Shown one piece after another: positions 1 through 8,138 of a stretch of DNA of 64,000 bases. Both the position numbers and the translations under genes were made by a program. The first letter of the stretch is position 1. Every line of letters starts with the position of its first letter. A model generated the notes under the pieces. The model saw only the letters and a program-made list of their open reading frames with translations, ran no database searches and had not been told where the DNA came from. This DNA comes from an uncultured delta proteobacterium (GTDB lineage: Bacteria; Myxococcota_A; Polyangia; Polyangiales; Polyangiaceae), in contig CAWAIF010000003.1 of the NCBI GenBank assembly GCA_963782055.1, forward strand, positions 3,552,001 through 3,616,000, written 5' to 3'.

Positions 1-2
1 CG

Positions 3-323
3 GCGCGCCTGGACGCCGCCGACGGCCTCGTCCAGATCCTGCTCAACCCCGACCCGCAGGCCCGCGTGCTGCTCGCGCTCAAGCAGCAGGCGGAGGTCCA
101 CGGCGAGCCCTCGCCGGAGGGGATCCGCATGCGCCTGGCGCCGGACACGCTCGCCATGGACGTCGGCGTCGAGCCGGCGCAGGTCTACGATGTGCTCTGG
201 CGACTGCACCGGTTGAAGATCATCGCCGACCCGGGCGACGGCACCTTGCTCATCGCCGACCTGGCCCGCCTCCACGAGTTCCTGGAGCTCGTGGAGATGC
301 CGAGAAAGTTCGAGGGCAGCTGA
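3..323 (+). CDS. Crp/Fnr-family (cyclic-nucleotide-binding) regulator, C-terminal part; 5' end outside window
   Basis: Frame open from window start (ARLDAADGLVQILLNPDPQARVLLAL...); HTH-Crp-like tail; TGATG-coupled to a cNMP phosphodiesterase. Confidence 0.55.
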   Translation, partial: ARLDAADGLVQILLNPDPQARVLLALKQQAEVHGEPSPEGIRMRLAPDTLAMDVGVEPAQVYDVLWRLHRLKIIADPGDGTLLIADLARLHEFLELVEMPRKFEGS

Positions 324-1090
324 TGGACCTGAAGGTCATCGGCTGCCACGGCGGGGAGACGCCGAAGCACCGCACCAGCGCCTTTGTGCTCGACGATCGC
401 CTCGCCATCGACGCCGGCTCCCTCACGAGCGGCATGGAGCTCAAGGCCCAGTGCGCGCTGGAGGCGTGCCTGGTCAGCCACGCGCACCTGGACCACATCC
501 GCGACCTGGCGACGATCGCCGACAACCGCGCGCAGAACGGCTGCGCCCCGCTCATCGTGGCGGGCACCCGTCAGACGATCGCCATCCTGAAGAAGCATTT
601 CTTCAACAACCTGCTCTGGCCGGACTTCACCAAGATCCCCAACGCTCAGCGGCCGACGATCCAGTACCTCCTCCTCAAGCCGGAGGTGGAGACCGTCATC
701 GCCGGCTACACCGTGCGCTCCATCCTGGTCAGCCACACCATCGAGTGCGGCGGCTTCGTCATCTCCGGCAAGGACGGCTCGCTCGCCTACAGCGGGGATA
801 CAGGCCCGACCGAGCGGCTGTGGGAGGTGCTCAACGAGACGCCGGACCTGCGCGCGATGCTCATGGAAGTGAGCTTCCCCAACTCCGAGCAGCGCCTCGC
901 GCGGGTGAGCGGGCACCACACCCCCGCCTCCCTCGCCGACGACCTGGCCAAGTACAAAAACCCAAAAGATCTCCCTACGTTGCTCTACCACATCAAACCT
1001 GTTTTCCAGCGTGTGGTGGAGCGCGAGTGTGGCAAGCTGAAGGGCGTGAACCTGACGCTGCTCGGCCTGGGCGACCACTTCATCCTGTAA
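323..1090 (+). CDS. Class II 3',5'-cyclic-nucleotide phosphodiesterase (metallo-beta-lactamase fold)
   Basis: GCHGG N-terminus, IDAG, SHAHLDH metal motif, FNNLLWPDF, YSGDTGP, EVSFPN, SGHHTP. Confidence 0.8.
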   Translation: MDLKVIGCHGGETPKHRTSAFVLDDRLAIDAGSLTSGMELKAQCALEACLVSHAHLDHIRDLATIADNRAQNGCAPLIVAGTRQTIAILKKHFFNNLLWPDFTKIPNAQRPTIQYLLLKPEVETVIAGYTVRSILVSHTIECGGFVISGKDGSLAYSGDTGPTERLWEVLNETPDLRAMLMEVSFPNSEQRLARVSGHHTPASLADDLAKYKNPKDLPTLLYHIKPVFQRVVERECGKLKGVNLTLLGLGDHFIL

Positions 1091-1130
1091 GCCGTTTGTG
1101 CTTGCGCGCGCGGCCGGACGGCATCACTAG

Positions 1131-3482
1131 TTGGGGCTTGCCGTGACGCTGACGCACGTGACCGACGACCAGATCCCCGGCCTGGAGGACGACGAGGAGG
1201 GGGCGCGCCTCGTCCGCGAGGAGCTGCGCCTGCTCGCCACCATCCAGCGCGCCCTGGAGGCGGCGCAGAAGGCGTCCAGCACCGCCGGGGAGGGCAGGGC
1301 GCTGGACGACGCGCGCCTGCTCGAGCTGCGCGACGACGTGGCGGTCGCCAAGCCGGAGGACCTGCCCGCGCTCTTCGAGCAGATGCACACCCTCGGCGCG
1401 CTGCGGGCGCAGCGCGGCAAGGGGCAGGCGGGCGCGGTGGACCGGCAGAGCCCGTACTTCGGCCACCTGCGCCTGGTGGAGGACGGCAAGCGGCGCGACG
1501 TGCTCATCGGCTCGCGCAGCTACCTGGACTCCGCCGCCGGGATCCGCATCGTGGACTGGCGCAACGCGCCGGTGAGCAAGATCTACTACCGCTACCAGGA
1601 AGGGGAGGACTACGAGGAGCCCCTCGGCGATCGCATCGTGGAGGGCGTGGTCGCCGCGCGGCGCAGCGTCGCCATCGTCGGCGGGGAGCTGGTCCGCGTC
1701 GCGGGGCCGCAGGGGACCTTCACCCGCAAAGGCGGGCGGTGGCTCCGCGTGGCCACGCAGCACGCGCGCCTGAGCATGGAGAAGCGCGAGCCGAAGGACG
1801 CGCGCCTGGGCATCGGGGCCGACGGGCAGATGCGGCAGGACAAGCACCTGCCGGAGATCGCCGCCATGCTCGACGCGGCGCAGTTCGAGCTCATCGCCCG
1901 CCCCAGCTCCGGGCTGGTGGCCATCCAGGGCAGCGCGGGCAGCGGCAAGACGACGGTCGGGCTGCACCGCGCGGCGTACCTGGCCTTCGCCGACCCGCGG
2001 CGCTTCCGTCCGGACCGCATGCTGATCGTCGTCCCGCACGAGGCGCTGCGCCACTATGTGGGCCGCGTGCTGCCGTCGCTCGGCGTCGAGGGCGTGGCCA
2101 TCACCACCTTCGATCGCTTCGCCCGGAGGGTGATGCCCGGCCTCTTTCCGCGGCTGCCCGGCGCCATCTCCGACGAGACACCGCCGGTCGTTTCCCGCGC
2201 CAAGGCGCACCCGGCGATGCTGCGGGCGATCACCGCGCACCGCGCGCGCGTCGCCGCCTCCCTGGACCAGAAGGTGCGCTCCGCGATGGGCCGCTGGCCG
2301 AACGGCGAGCTGGTGGTGAAGGCGTGGGCTGCCACCGCGGAGCTGGGCGTGCCCGACCTGCGCGTGACTGCGCTGGCGCAGTGGGTGGCGGGCAAGCGCA
2401 AGGTCATCCCGGATCCCCCCTCCGCGCTGCCCGACGTGACGCGCAGCGCGCTGGACAAGCTCGGCCACGACCTGCGCGGCCTCTCCCGCGGGATCGTGGG
2501 CGCGTGGGATGAGCTCACCACCTCCCGCGAGCGCCTGGCGGAGACGTTCGCCGCCATCCCCGGCTTCGGCAAGGGGCAGCTCGATCAGGTGCACGACTGG
2601 TGTGTGCGGCAGGCGCGCGTGCGGGCGGACGGGGAGCGCGACGGCGAGCGCCCCTCGCTGGACCTGGAGGACCACGCCCTGCTGCTGCGCCTCTGGCAGG
2701 CGCTGCGCGGGCCGATCGTCGATCCCGACGGCGCGCCCCTGCGCTTCGCGCACCTGTTCGTGGACGAGGTGCAGGACGTCTCGCCGGTGGCGCTGCGGGT
2801 GCTGCTGGAGCTCGCCGACAAGGACCAGAGCATCACCCTCGCCGGGGACACGGCGCAGCGCATGCTGGACGACGAGGACAGCGGCGGGGAGCTGGACTGG
2901 AACGGCCTGCTGGAGGAGATGGGGCTCCCGCACACCAAGCTGGAGCCCCTGAAGGTGAGCTACCGCTCCACCACCGAGATCACACGCTTCGCGCGGGGCG
3001 TGCTCGGCCCCTACGCGCACGAGGCGGAGCCCATCGCCACGCGGCACGGGCCGCCGGTGGAGCTGTTCGAGTTCGCCTCCCCGGGCGAGGCGGTCGCCTT
3101 CCTCGCGGACGCGCTCAAGCAGCTCGCGCGGGAGGAGCCGCAGGCCAACGTGGCGCTGCTCGCGCGCTTCGGCCCGCAGGCGGACGTGTACTTCGAGGGG
3201 CTCTCGCGCGCGGAGGTGCCCAACGTCCGACGCGTCACCAAGCAGGACTTCACCTGGGAGGCCGGCTTCGACATCACCGACATCCGGCAGACCAAGGGGC
3301 TGGAGTTCGACGAGGTGGTGCTGCTGGAGACCAACGCCTCCTCCTTCCCGGATCGCTCGCAGGCGCGGCACGCGCTGTACGTCGGCGCGACACGCGCGGC
3401 GCACCAGCTCTGGTGCACGACGAGCGAGCGGCCGTCCCCCGTCGTGACGGTGGCGCTGGAGGGTCAGTACTCCGAGACGTAG
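1131..3482 (+). CDS. HelD-like SF1/UvrD-family ATPase (RNA polymerase recycling helicase-like)
   Basis: SPYFGHL, IVDWRNAP, Walker A GSAGSGKTT, VDEVQD, GDxAQ, SYRS, KGLEFD, LYVGATRA. Confidence 0.75.
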   Translation: MGLAVTLTHVTDDQIPGLEDDEEGARLVREELRLLATIQRALEAAQKASSTAGEGRALDDARLLELRDDVAVAKPEDLPALFEQMHTLGALRAQRGKGQAGAVDRQSPYFGHLRLVEDGKRRDVLIGSRSYLDSAAGIRIVDWRNAPVSKIYYRYQEGEDYEEPLGDRIVEGVVAARRSVAIVGGELVRVAGPQGTFTRKGGRWLRVATQHARLSMEKREPKDARLGIGADGQMRQDKHLPEIAAMLDAAQFELIARPSSGLVAIQGSAGSGKTTVGLHRAAYLAFADPRRFRPDRMLIVVPHEALRHYVGRVLPSLGVEGVAITTFDRFARRVMPGLFPRLPGAISDETPPVVSRAKAHPAMLRAITAHRARVAASLDQKVRSAMGRWPNGELVVKAWAATAELGVPDLRVTALAQWVAGKRKVIPDPPSALPDVTRSALDKLGHDLRGLSRGIVGAWDELTTSRERLAETFAAIPGFGKGQLDQVHDWCVRQARVRADGERDGERPSLDLEDHALLLRLWQALRGPIVDPDGAPLRFAHLFVDEVQDVSPVALRVLLELADKDQSITLAGDTAQRMLDDEDSGGELDWNGLLEEMGLPHTKLEPLKVSYRSTTEITRFARGVLGPYAHEAEPIATRHGPPVELFEFASPGEAVAFLADALKQLAREEPQANVALLARFGPQADVYFEGLSRAEVPNVRRVTKQDFTWEAGFDITDIRQTKGLEFDEVVLLETNASSFPDRSQARHALYVGATRAAHQLWCTTSERPSPVVTVALEGQYSET

Positions 3483-4084
3483 ACGGCGAGGGTCTTGCCG
3501 CCATCGGCGGAGGCGCCCCAGTCCACGTTGATGGTGACCGTCGCGGGGCCCGCGGCGCAGGTGGCGTCGTAGGCGATCTGCACGCCGCCCACGCCGGGCA
3601 TGCACTCGATGACGAGGCGGTGGGTACCCGGAGGCCCGGCGTCGGCCTCGCCCGCCGAGACGAGCGTGCCGCCGGAGACGCGCGGATCGGCCGGGGCGGC
3701 GGCGGACGCGGATGGGGTCGCCGACGGTGCCGCGGACGGGGACGGAGCGGCCGGCGCCGATGCGGCGCCTGGCGCGGGCGCGGACGCCGACGCCGGCGGC
3801 GCCACCGCCGGCGCGAAGCTGGCCCCCGAAAGGGTGGGGGGCTGGACCGTCACCTCCAGCCGGGTGTGCGCGGCGTCGAGCCACGTCGCCTTCGCCACGA
3901 CGGTGCCGGCGATGCCCGGGCAGCGCGTGGGCGGTGGCATGGGGTCGACCACCGCGTAGCCACCCGTCGTCGAGCTGCAGCGGTTGCAAGCGACCGTGCC
4001 CACGAGCGCGGCGGTGGTCACCAGCCGCTGCATGTGGGCGATGGTCTTTCTCCGCGGGCCGCTGCTCGCCGGCGGGCCCTTCAT
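3464..4084 (-). CDS. Hypothetical lipoprotein-like protein, paralog of 4209..4916 (candidate radical SAM substrate)
   Basis: GAGGAG RBS, ATGA overlap with upstream ORF; RRKTIAHMQRLV leader, hydrophobic stretch ending TVAC, GYAVVDPMPPPTRCPGIA, Ala/Pro linker, ends VSEY. Confidence 0.7.
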   Translation of the reverse strand: MKGPPASSGPRRKTIAHMQRLVTTAALVGTVACNRCSSTTGGYAVVDPMPPPTRCPGIAGTVVAKATWLDAAHTRLEVTVQPPTLSGASFAPAVAPPASASAPAPGAASAPAAPSPSAAPSATPSASAAAPADPRVSGGTLVSAGEADAGPPGTHRLVIECMPGVGGVQIAYDATCAAGPATVTINVDWGASADGGKTLAVYVSEY

Positions 4085-4197
4085 GACTCCTCGCCGGAAC
4101 GGGACGTCGTCGCCGCGAGGGCGCCCACCTCGAGCGCCATCAGCTTGCGCATGTGCCGCAGGGTGGAGCGGCGAGAGCCACTGTCGCGGGGAGACAT
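4081..4197 (-). CDS. 38-aa peptide MSPRDSGSRRSTLRHMRKLMALEVGALAATTSRSGEES sharing the leader motif of its neighbours
   Basis: Tail of ORF 4081..4761; fills the gap between the two paralogs; stop overlaps the next start; motif RRSTLRHMRKL. Confidence 0.55.
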   Translation of the reverse strand: MSPRDSGSRRSTLRHMRKLMALEVGALAATTSRSGEES

Positions 4198-4208
4198 GCG
4201 CGCTTCAT

Positions 4209-4916
4209 TCAGTAGTCGGAGAGCTGGATGCTCGTCTTGGTGCCAGCAGTGGGGGTGCCTGTCCACTGCACGTTGGCGGTGAGGTGACCGGGGCCGGCGG
4301 AGCACGCCACCCCGGCGGACACGCCGAGCGAGGCGGAGCCGGCGGAGGACGAGGTGGGGCGAAGCCGCAGGATCACGCTGTGCCCGTTGAACTTCGCCCC
4401 GAGCAGGTTGGAGCCCCAGGAGGAGGGCGGCGCGCTCTTGTCGAACTGGGCGCCGTTGGCGCTGCCGAGGGTGATCGTCACCTCCAGATACACGCCGGTC
4501 TTGTCCTTGTGGAAGACGGCGGTGGCCTTCGCCGCGGCGGCGATCCCCGCGCAGCGCGCCGGCGCCGGCATGGGGTCGACCACCGCGTAGCCGGTGGGAG
4601 GCGCTGTGGCCGTCGGCGTGGCGGTCGCGGTGGGCACGGTGTGCTGGTGCGAGGCCATCGGGTTGGTGCCGGGGGTGGTCCCGGCGGCGCCGCCGTCCTC
4701 GGTGGAGGGGGGGATGGTGACGCTCACCGCGTCGGCGTTCTGCCCGGACTCGCGCGAGCACGCGGCCGCGGACACGGCGGCGGCGGTGGCGAGCAGGCGC
4801 CGCATGTGGCCCAGCGTGCGGTCCCGGACCGGCCCGCGCGCGGAGGCCGTGGGGGCGGGGAGCACCTCCGGCATCAACCCCAGCCTTCGCTTCCCGTTGG
4901 CGTTCTTCGTCTGCAT
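4209..4916 (-). CDS. Hypothetical lipoprotein-like protein (235 aa), paralog of 3464..4084
   Basis: GGGAGA RBS before ATG at 4916; RDRTLGHMRRLLA leader, AAAC lipobox-like, GYAVVDPMPAPARCAGIA, ends LSDY. Confidence 0.7.
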   Translation of the reverse strand: MQTKNANGKRRLGLMPEVLPAPTASARGPVRDRTLGHMRRLLATAAAVSAAACSRESGQNADAVSVTIPPSTEDGGAAGTTPGTNPMASHQHTVPTATATPTATAPPTGYAVVDPMPAPARCAGIAAAAKATAVFHKDKTGVYLEVTITLGSANGAQFDKSAPPSSWGSNLLGAKFNGHSVILRLRPTSSSAGSASLGVSAGVACSAGPGHLTANVQWTGTPTAGTKTSIQLSDY

Positions 4917-4936
4917 GTGCGTTCTCCCTGAGCGGG

Positions 4937-6583
4937 TCAGTGCCCCACCGCGATGGCCATGGCGCGCGCGGCCTGCAGCGGCGTGGCGACGCGATCCCCG
5001 ATGTCGGTGAGCGGCTTGCCGCGGCCCAGGCGCGCGTGGATGCGCCGCGCGAGGTCCTGGCAGCGCGCCCGGACGCTCGCCTCGGTGGCGCGCAGGGTGG
5101 GCACCAGCCGCGCGATCAGGGCGCGCTCCTCCTCGTGGGAGCCGTTGCGCTCCACCAGGTCCAGGATGGCCTCCATCGCCACCACGCCGTCGAGCGTCAG
5201 CGTGGCCGTGAGCTCCTTGCCCTCGGCGAGCCACGCCGGGTCGAAGACGTCGGAGTGGAAGTGCCGGGCGACCTCCACGTCGAAGCGCGTGCCCATGATG
5301 CGGTTGGAGAGCGCCTCCGGGCCGAAGTTGCGATCCATGAAGCACTCCATCGCCAGGCTGAAGACGCGCTCCACCTCCGGGCTGCCCAGGTCGTAGTCCC
5401 ACTGCAGGTAGTCGCCGCGCACGCGGTTCTCTGCCTGCATCCGCGCGAGGATCGGGGTGCCGGCGTACAGCTCGACGCGGCCGAAGTTGGACGGATACTC
5501 CGGCGCGTAGCGCAAGAACTCCATGTTCGTCCGGAGGCTCTCCAGCGTCGTGTCCGGGTCGAAGATGAGCATGTTGTAACAGGTGTACAGGTCCAGGCTG
5601 CGCACCAGGTCGATGGCGTCGTGGTTCTGCCGCGACTTCGCCCAGCGCCGCAGCGTGCGCAGGCCCTGGTCGGCGTCCGTCTCGATGCCGATGTAGCAGC
5701 GGATGCAGTGCAGCCGCTCGCACAGGATGCGGAAGACCTCCGGATCGCAGTCGGTGGGCCGCGCCTTGACGACGGTGGCGAAGCGGCCGATGCCGCGCGC
5801 CTCGAGGGCGTCGGCCAGCGCGGTGAAGCGCTCGCGGTTGTGGCGGTGGCCGGGCACGAAGAAGTTGTCGTCGTGGAAGACGAAGATGTCGACGCCGCGC
5901 TCCCGCTGCATCGCGACCATCTCGTCGGCCACCGCGTCGACCTCGCGCACGCGGTAGCGCTTGCCGGGGAGGCTCTGCTCGTGCCACGCGGCGATGCAGC
6001 AGAAGGAGCAGTTGGCGTAGCAGCCGCGGCTGGAGACCAGCGGGGCGATGCCGTGGCCGAAGCACGACGCGGGCTCACCACGGCGGTCGGGCCAGGGCAA
6101 CTTCGATAAGTCGGGCAGGGGCGGATGCTCGGTGATGACGATGCTGCCGTCGTCCGCGCGCAGGGCGAGGCCTGGCAGCTCGCGGTACGACGCGCCCGTC
6201 TCCAGGGCGCGGCAGAGCGCCAGCATCGTCTCCTCCGCTTCCTGCCGCACGACCGTGTCGATCTCCGGGAAGTCGGCCAGGATCTCGGCGGCGGCGAAGG
6301 TGCCGAAGTGGCCGCCCACGGTGATGTGCCCGCGGTAGCCGCCCTCGCGCAGGGCGACGGCGAAGGCCAGGAAGTCCCGGGCGCGCCACTGGAACGCCAG
6401 CGACAGGCCCACCACGAGGGGCGGCTCCGGCGCCTGAAGAATGGCCCGGAGGGCGGGCAGAAAGTCCGCCTCCATGTTGAACGGGACAATCTGCGTCTCG
6501 TAGCCCGCAGGGGCGATCGACGAGGCGATGTACCGCAGGCTCAGGTTCTCCTCGATCTCCGGTCCGACGAGCGCCACCCACAT
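4937..6583 (-). CDS. Cobalamin-dependent (class B) radical SAM enzyme, probable methyltransferase
   Basis: AAGGAG RBS; N-terminal B12-binding-like domain (ENLSLRYIAS, GGHFGT, EAEET); SSRGCYANCSFC CxxxCxxC; FHDDNF; YIGIE; YAGTP. Confidence 0.85.
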   Translation of the reverse strand: MWVALVGPEIEENLSLRYIASSIAPAGYETQIVPFNMEADFLPALRAILQAPEPPLVVGLSLAFQWRARDFLAFAVALREGGYRGHITVGGHFGTFAAAEILADFPEIDTVVRQEAEETMLALCRALETGASYRELPGLALRADDGSIVITEHPPLPDLSKLPWPDRRGEPASCFGHGIAPLVSSRGCYANCSFCCIAAWHEQSLPGKRYRVREVDAVADEMVAMQRERGVDIFVFHDDNFFVPGHRHNRERFTALADALEARGIGRFATVVKARPTDCDPEVFRILCERLHCIRCYIGIETDADQGLRTLRRWAKSRQNHDAIDLVRSLDLYTCYNMLIFDPDTTLESLRTNMEFLRYAPEYPSNFGRVELYAGTPILARMQAENRVRGDYLQWDYDLGSPEVERVFSLAMECFMDRNFGPEALSNRIMGTRFDVEVARHFHSDVFDPAWLAEGKELTATLTLDGVVAMEAILDLVERNGSHEEERALIARLVPTLRATEASVRARCQDLARRIHARLGRGKPLTDIGDRVATPLQAARAMAIAVGH

Positions 6584-6845
6584 GCTTGCACGGCTCCTTC
6601 GACCCGCATGCGGCGCGGGTCTCCAGGAGGGTACGCGGCACGGCGCGAGGGGCTCTCCTGAAAACGCCATCTGGGCGCGAAATGTGGGCGCACATGTGGG
6701 ACGGCGCTGGCGGCGGCCTTTCCCCCGGCCGAAACAAAAAGTTTACATAATGTATCTTATGCGAATTTCGTAGGAGGGCGAGGGAGGGGGGCCTGCGGTC
6801 GTTCGAGCGGCCCCCGCCGCGAGCGCGCGCCTGCCCAGCCGGCTT

Positions 6846-8138
6846 TTACGGCGTGTCCCGGCGGCCCAGCGGCGGATCGATCCCGAAGCCCAGGAAGGTG
6901 CCGCCGCTGGAGAGCGCGTAGAGCCGGTTGCCGTACGCCGCGGGGCTCGCCGAGAACGCGCTGCCCGTGAGGAAGCCGGACTCCATGTTGATGCCGTCAA
7001 TCGGGCGGCCGTCCAGCGGCGAGACGATGAACAGGCCATAGCGCGAGGTGCCGATGGCGAGCGTTCCGGCGACCGGCACCGGCGCGGTGACGCCGCCCTC
7101 CGGGACCGGCAGCCGCCAGAGCGGCGTGCCGCTGGCGGGGTCCATGGCCCAGAGGCCTGTCGACGCGCTGGCGGCGAAGAGCATGCGGCGCGCGGGCACC
7201 GTGGGGCCACCCTTGCTCGCACCCTTGGGGTGCGGCTTGTGCGCCGGCTCCTCCCAGTACAGCACGTCGTGGACGCCGCGCGCGTGGGTGTTCGCCCAGA
7301 CCCGCGCGCCCGACTCGGCGTCGAGCGCGTAGACGCCGCCGGCGTAGCTCGCCACGAACGCCACCCGGCCCACGCCCGGCAGGTCCGCCACGGCGGGTGT
7401 CGTGTCGACGTCCAGGTAGCGCTGGCTCTCCGCCGGACCGAGCGACTGCTCCGCCTCGGCCGCCAGGTCGACGCTCCACTGCTCGGCGCCGTTGCGCACG
7501 TCGTAGGCGCCGACGTGGCCGTCGGAGAACGCCAGCAGCACGTGGCCGTGGTCCAGCGTGGGCCCGGAGGCGCCGCCGATCTCGATCCCCAGCGCCGGCG
7601 TGCGGTGCACCTGCCAGAGCTGGTGTCCGGTGCGGCGGTTGACGGCGAAGAGCTGATCGGAGACGTTGGCGAAGAGCAAGGTCTCGCCGAAAAGCACTGG
7701 TTTTCTGCTGACTTCGCTCCCAGTATCAAAGCGCCAGATGAGGCCCCCGTCGGAGGCCCGGACCGCGTAGAGGGCGCCGTCGCCGGAGCCGAAGTAGACG
7801 ACGTCCAGGGCGCGATCGTAGAGCGGCTCGCTCTGCACCACCCCCGCCGTCTCGAAGCGCCAGATGGTGCTGCCATCGAAGGCGCGCAGGGCGTAGAGGC
7901 CGTGATCGGAGGTGCCCACGAAGATGCGCTTGCTGGCGGGGTCGATCTCCGGCTTGCCGCGCTCGAAGTCCTCCCCCACCTTCCGCCCCTCGATCGTCAG
8001 GGTGCGCCGGAAGACGAGGTGCAGATCGCCGCTCGGCCGGTGGAACCAGTCGGGGGTCTCCGGATTGATGCGATCGCCCTGGGCCGTCGCGCACGCCGAG
8101 GTCGCCGCGACGAGGAGGCACGCGACCTGGCGCTTCAC
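6846..8138 (-). CDS. PQQ-like beta-propeller lipoprotein (BamB-like)
   Basis: TSAC lipobox; repeated LYAL/VxAxDGxxIWRF blades; follows a YfgM-like TPR gene, as in yfgM-bamB synteny. Confidence 0.75.
   Translation of the reverse strand: MKRQVACLLVAATSACATAQGDRINPETPDWFHRPSGDLHLVFRRTLTIEGRKVGEDFERGKPEIDPASKRIFVGTSDHGLYALRAFDGSTIWRFETAGVVQSEPLYDRALDVVYFGSGDGALYAVRASDGGLIWRFDTGSEVSRKPVLFGETLLFANVSDQLFAVNRRTGHQLWQVHRTPALGIEIGGASGPTLDHGHVLLAFSDGHVGAYDVRNGAEQWSVDLAAEAEQSLGPAESQRYLDVDTTPAVADLPGVGRVAFVASYAGGVYALDAESGARVWANTHARGVHDVLYWEEPAHKPHPKGASKGGPTVPARRMLFAASASTGLWAMDPASGTPLWRLPVPEGGVTAPVPVAGTLAIGTSRYGLFIVSPLDGRPIDGINMESGFLTGSAFSASPAAYGNRLYALSSGGTFLGFGIDPPLGRRDTP

Noticed and set aside
1080..3989. 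Long antisense or alternate-frame ORFs (e.g. 1080..3989 -, 9969..13553 +, 41023..43674 -, 41151..43940 +)
   Set aside because: Shadow ORFs expected in high-GC DNA: Arg/Ala/Gly-rich, no motifs, and overlapping well-supported genes
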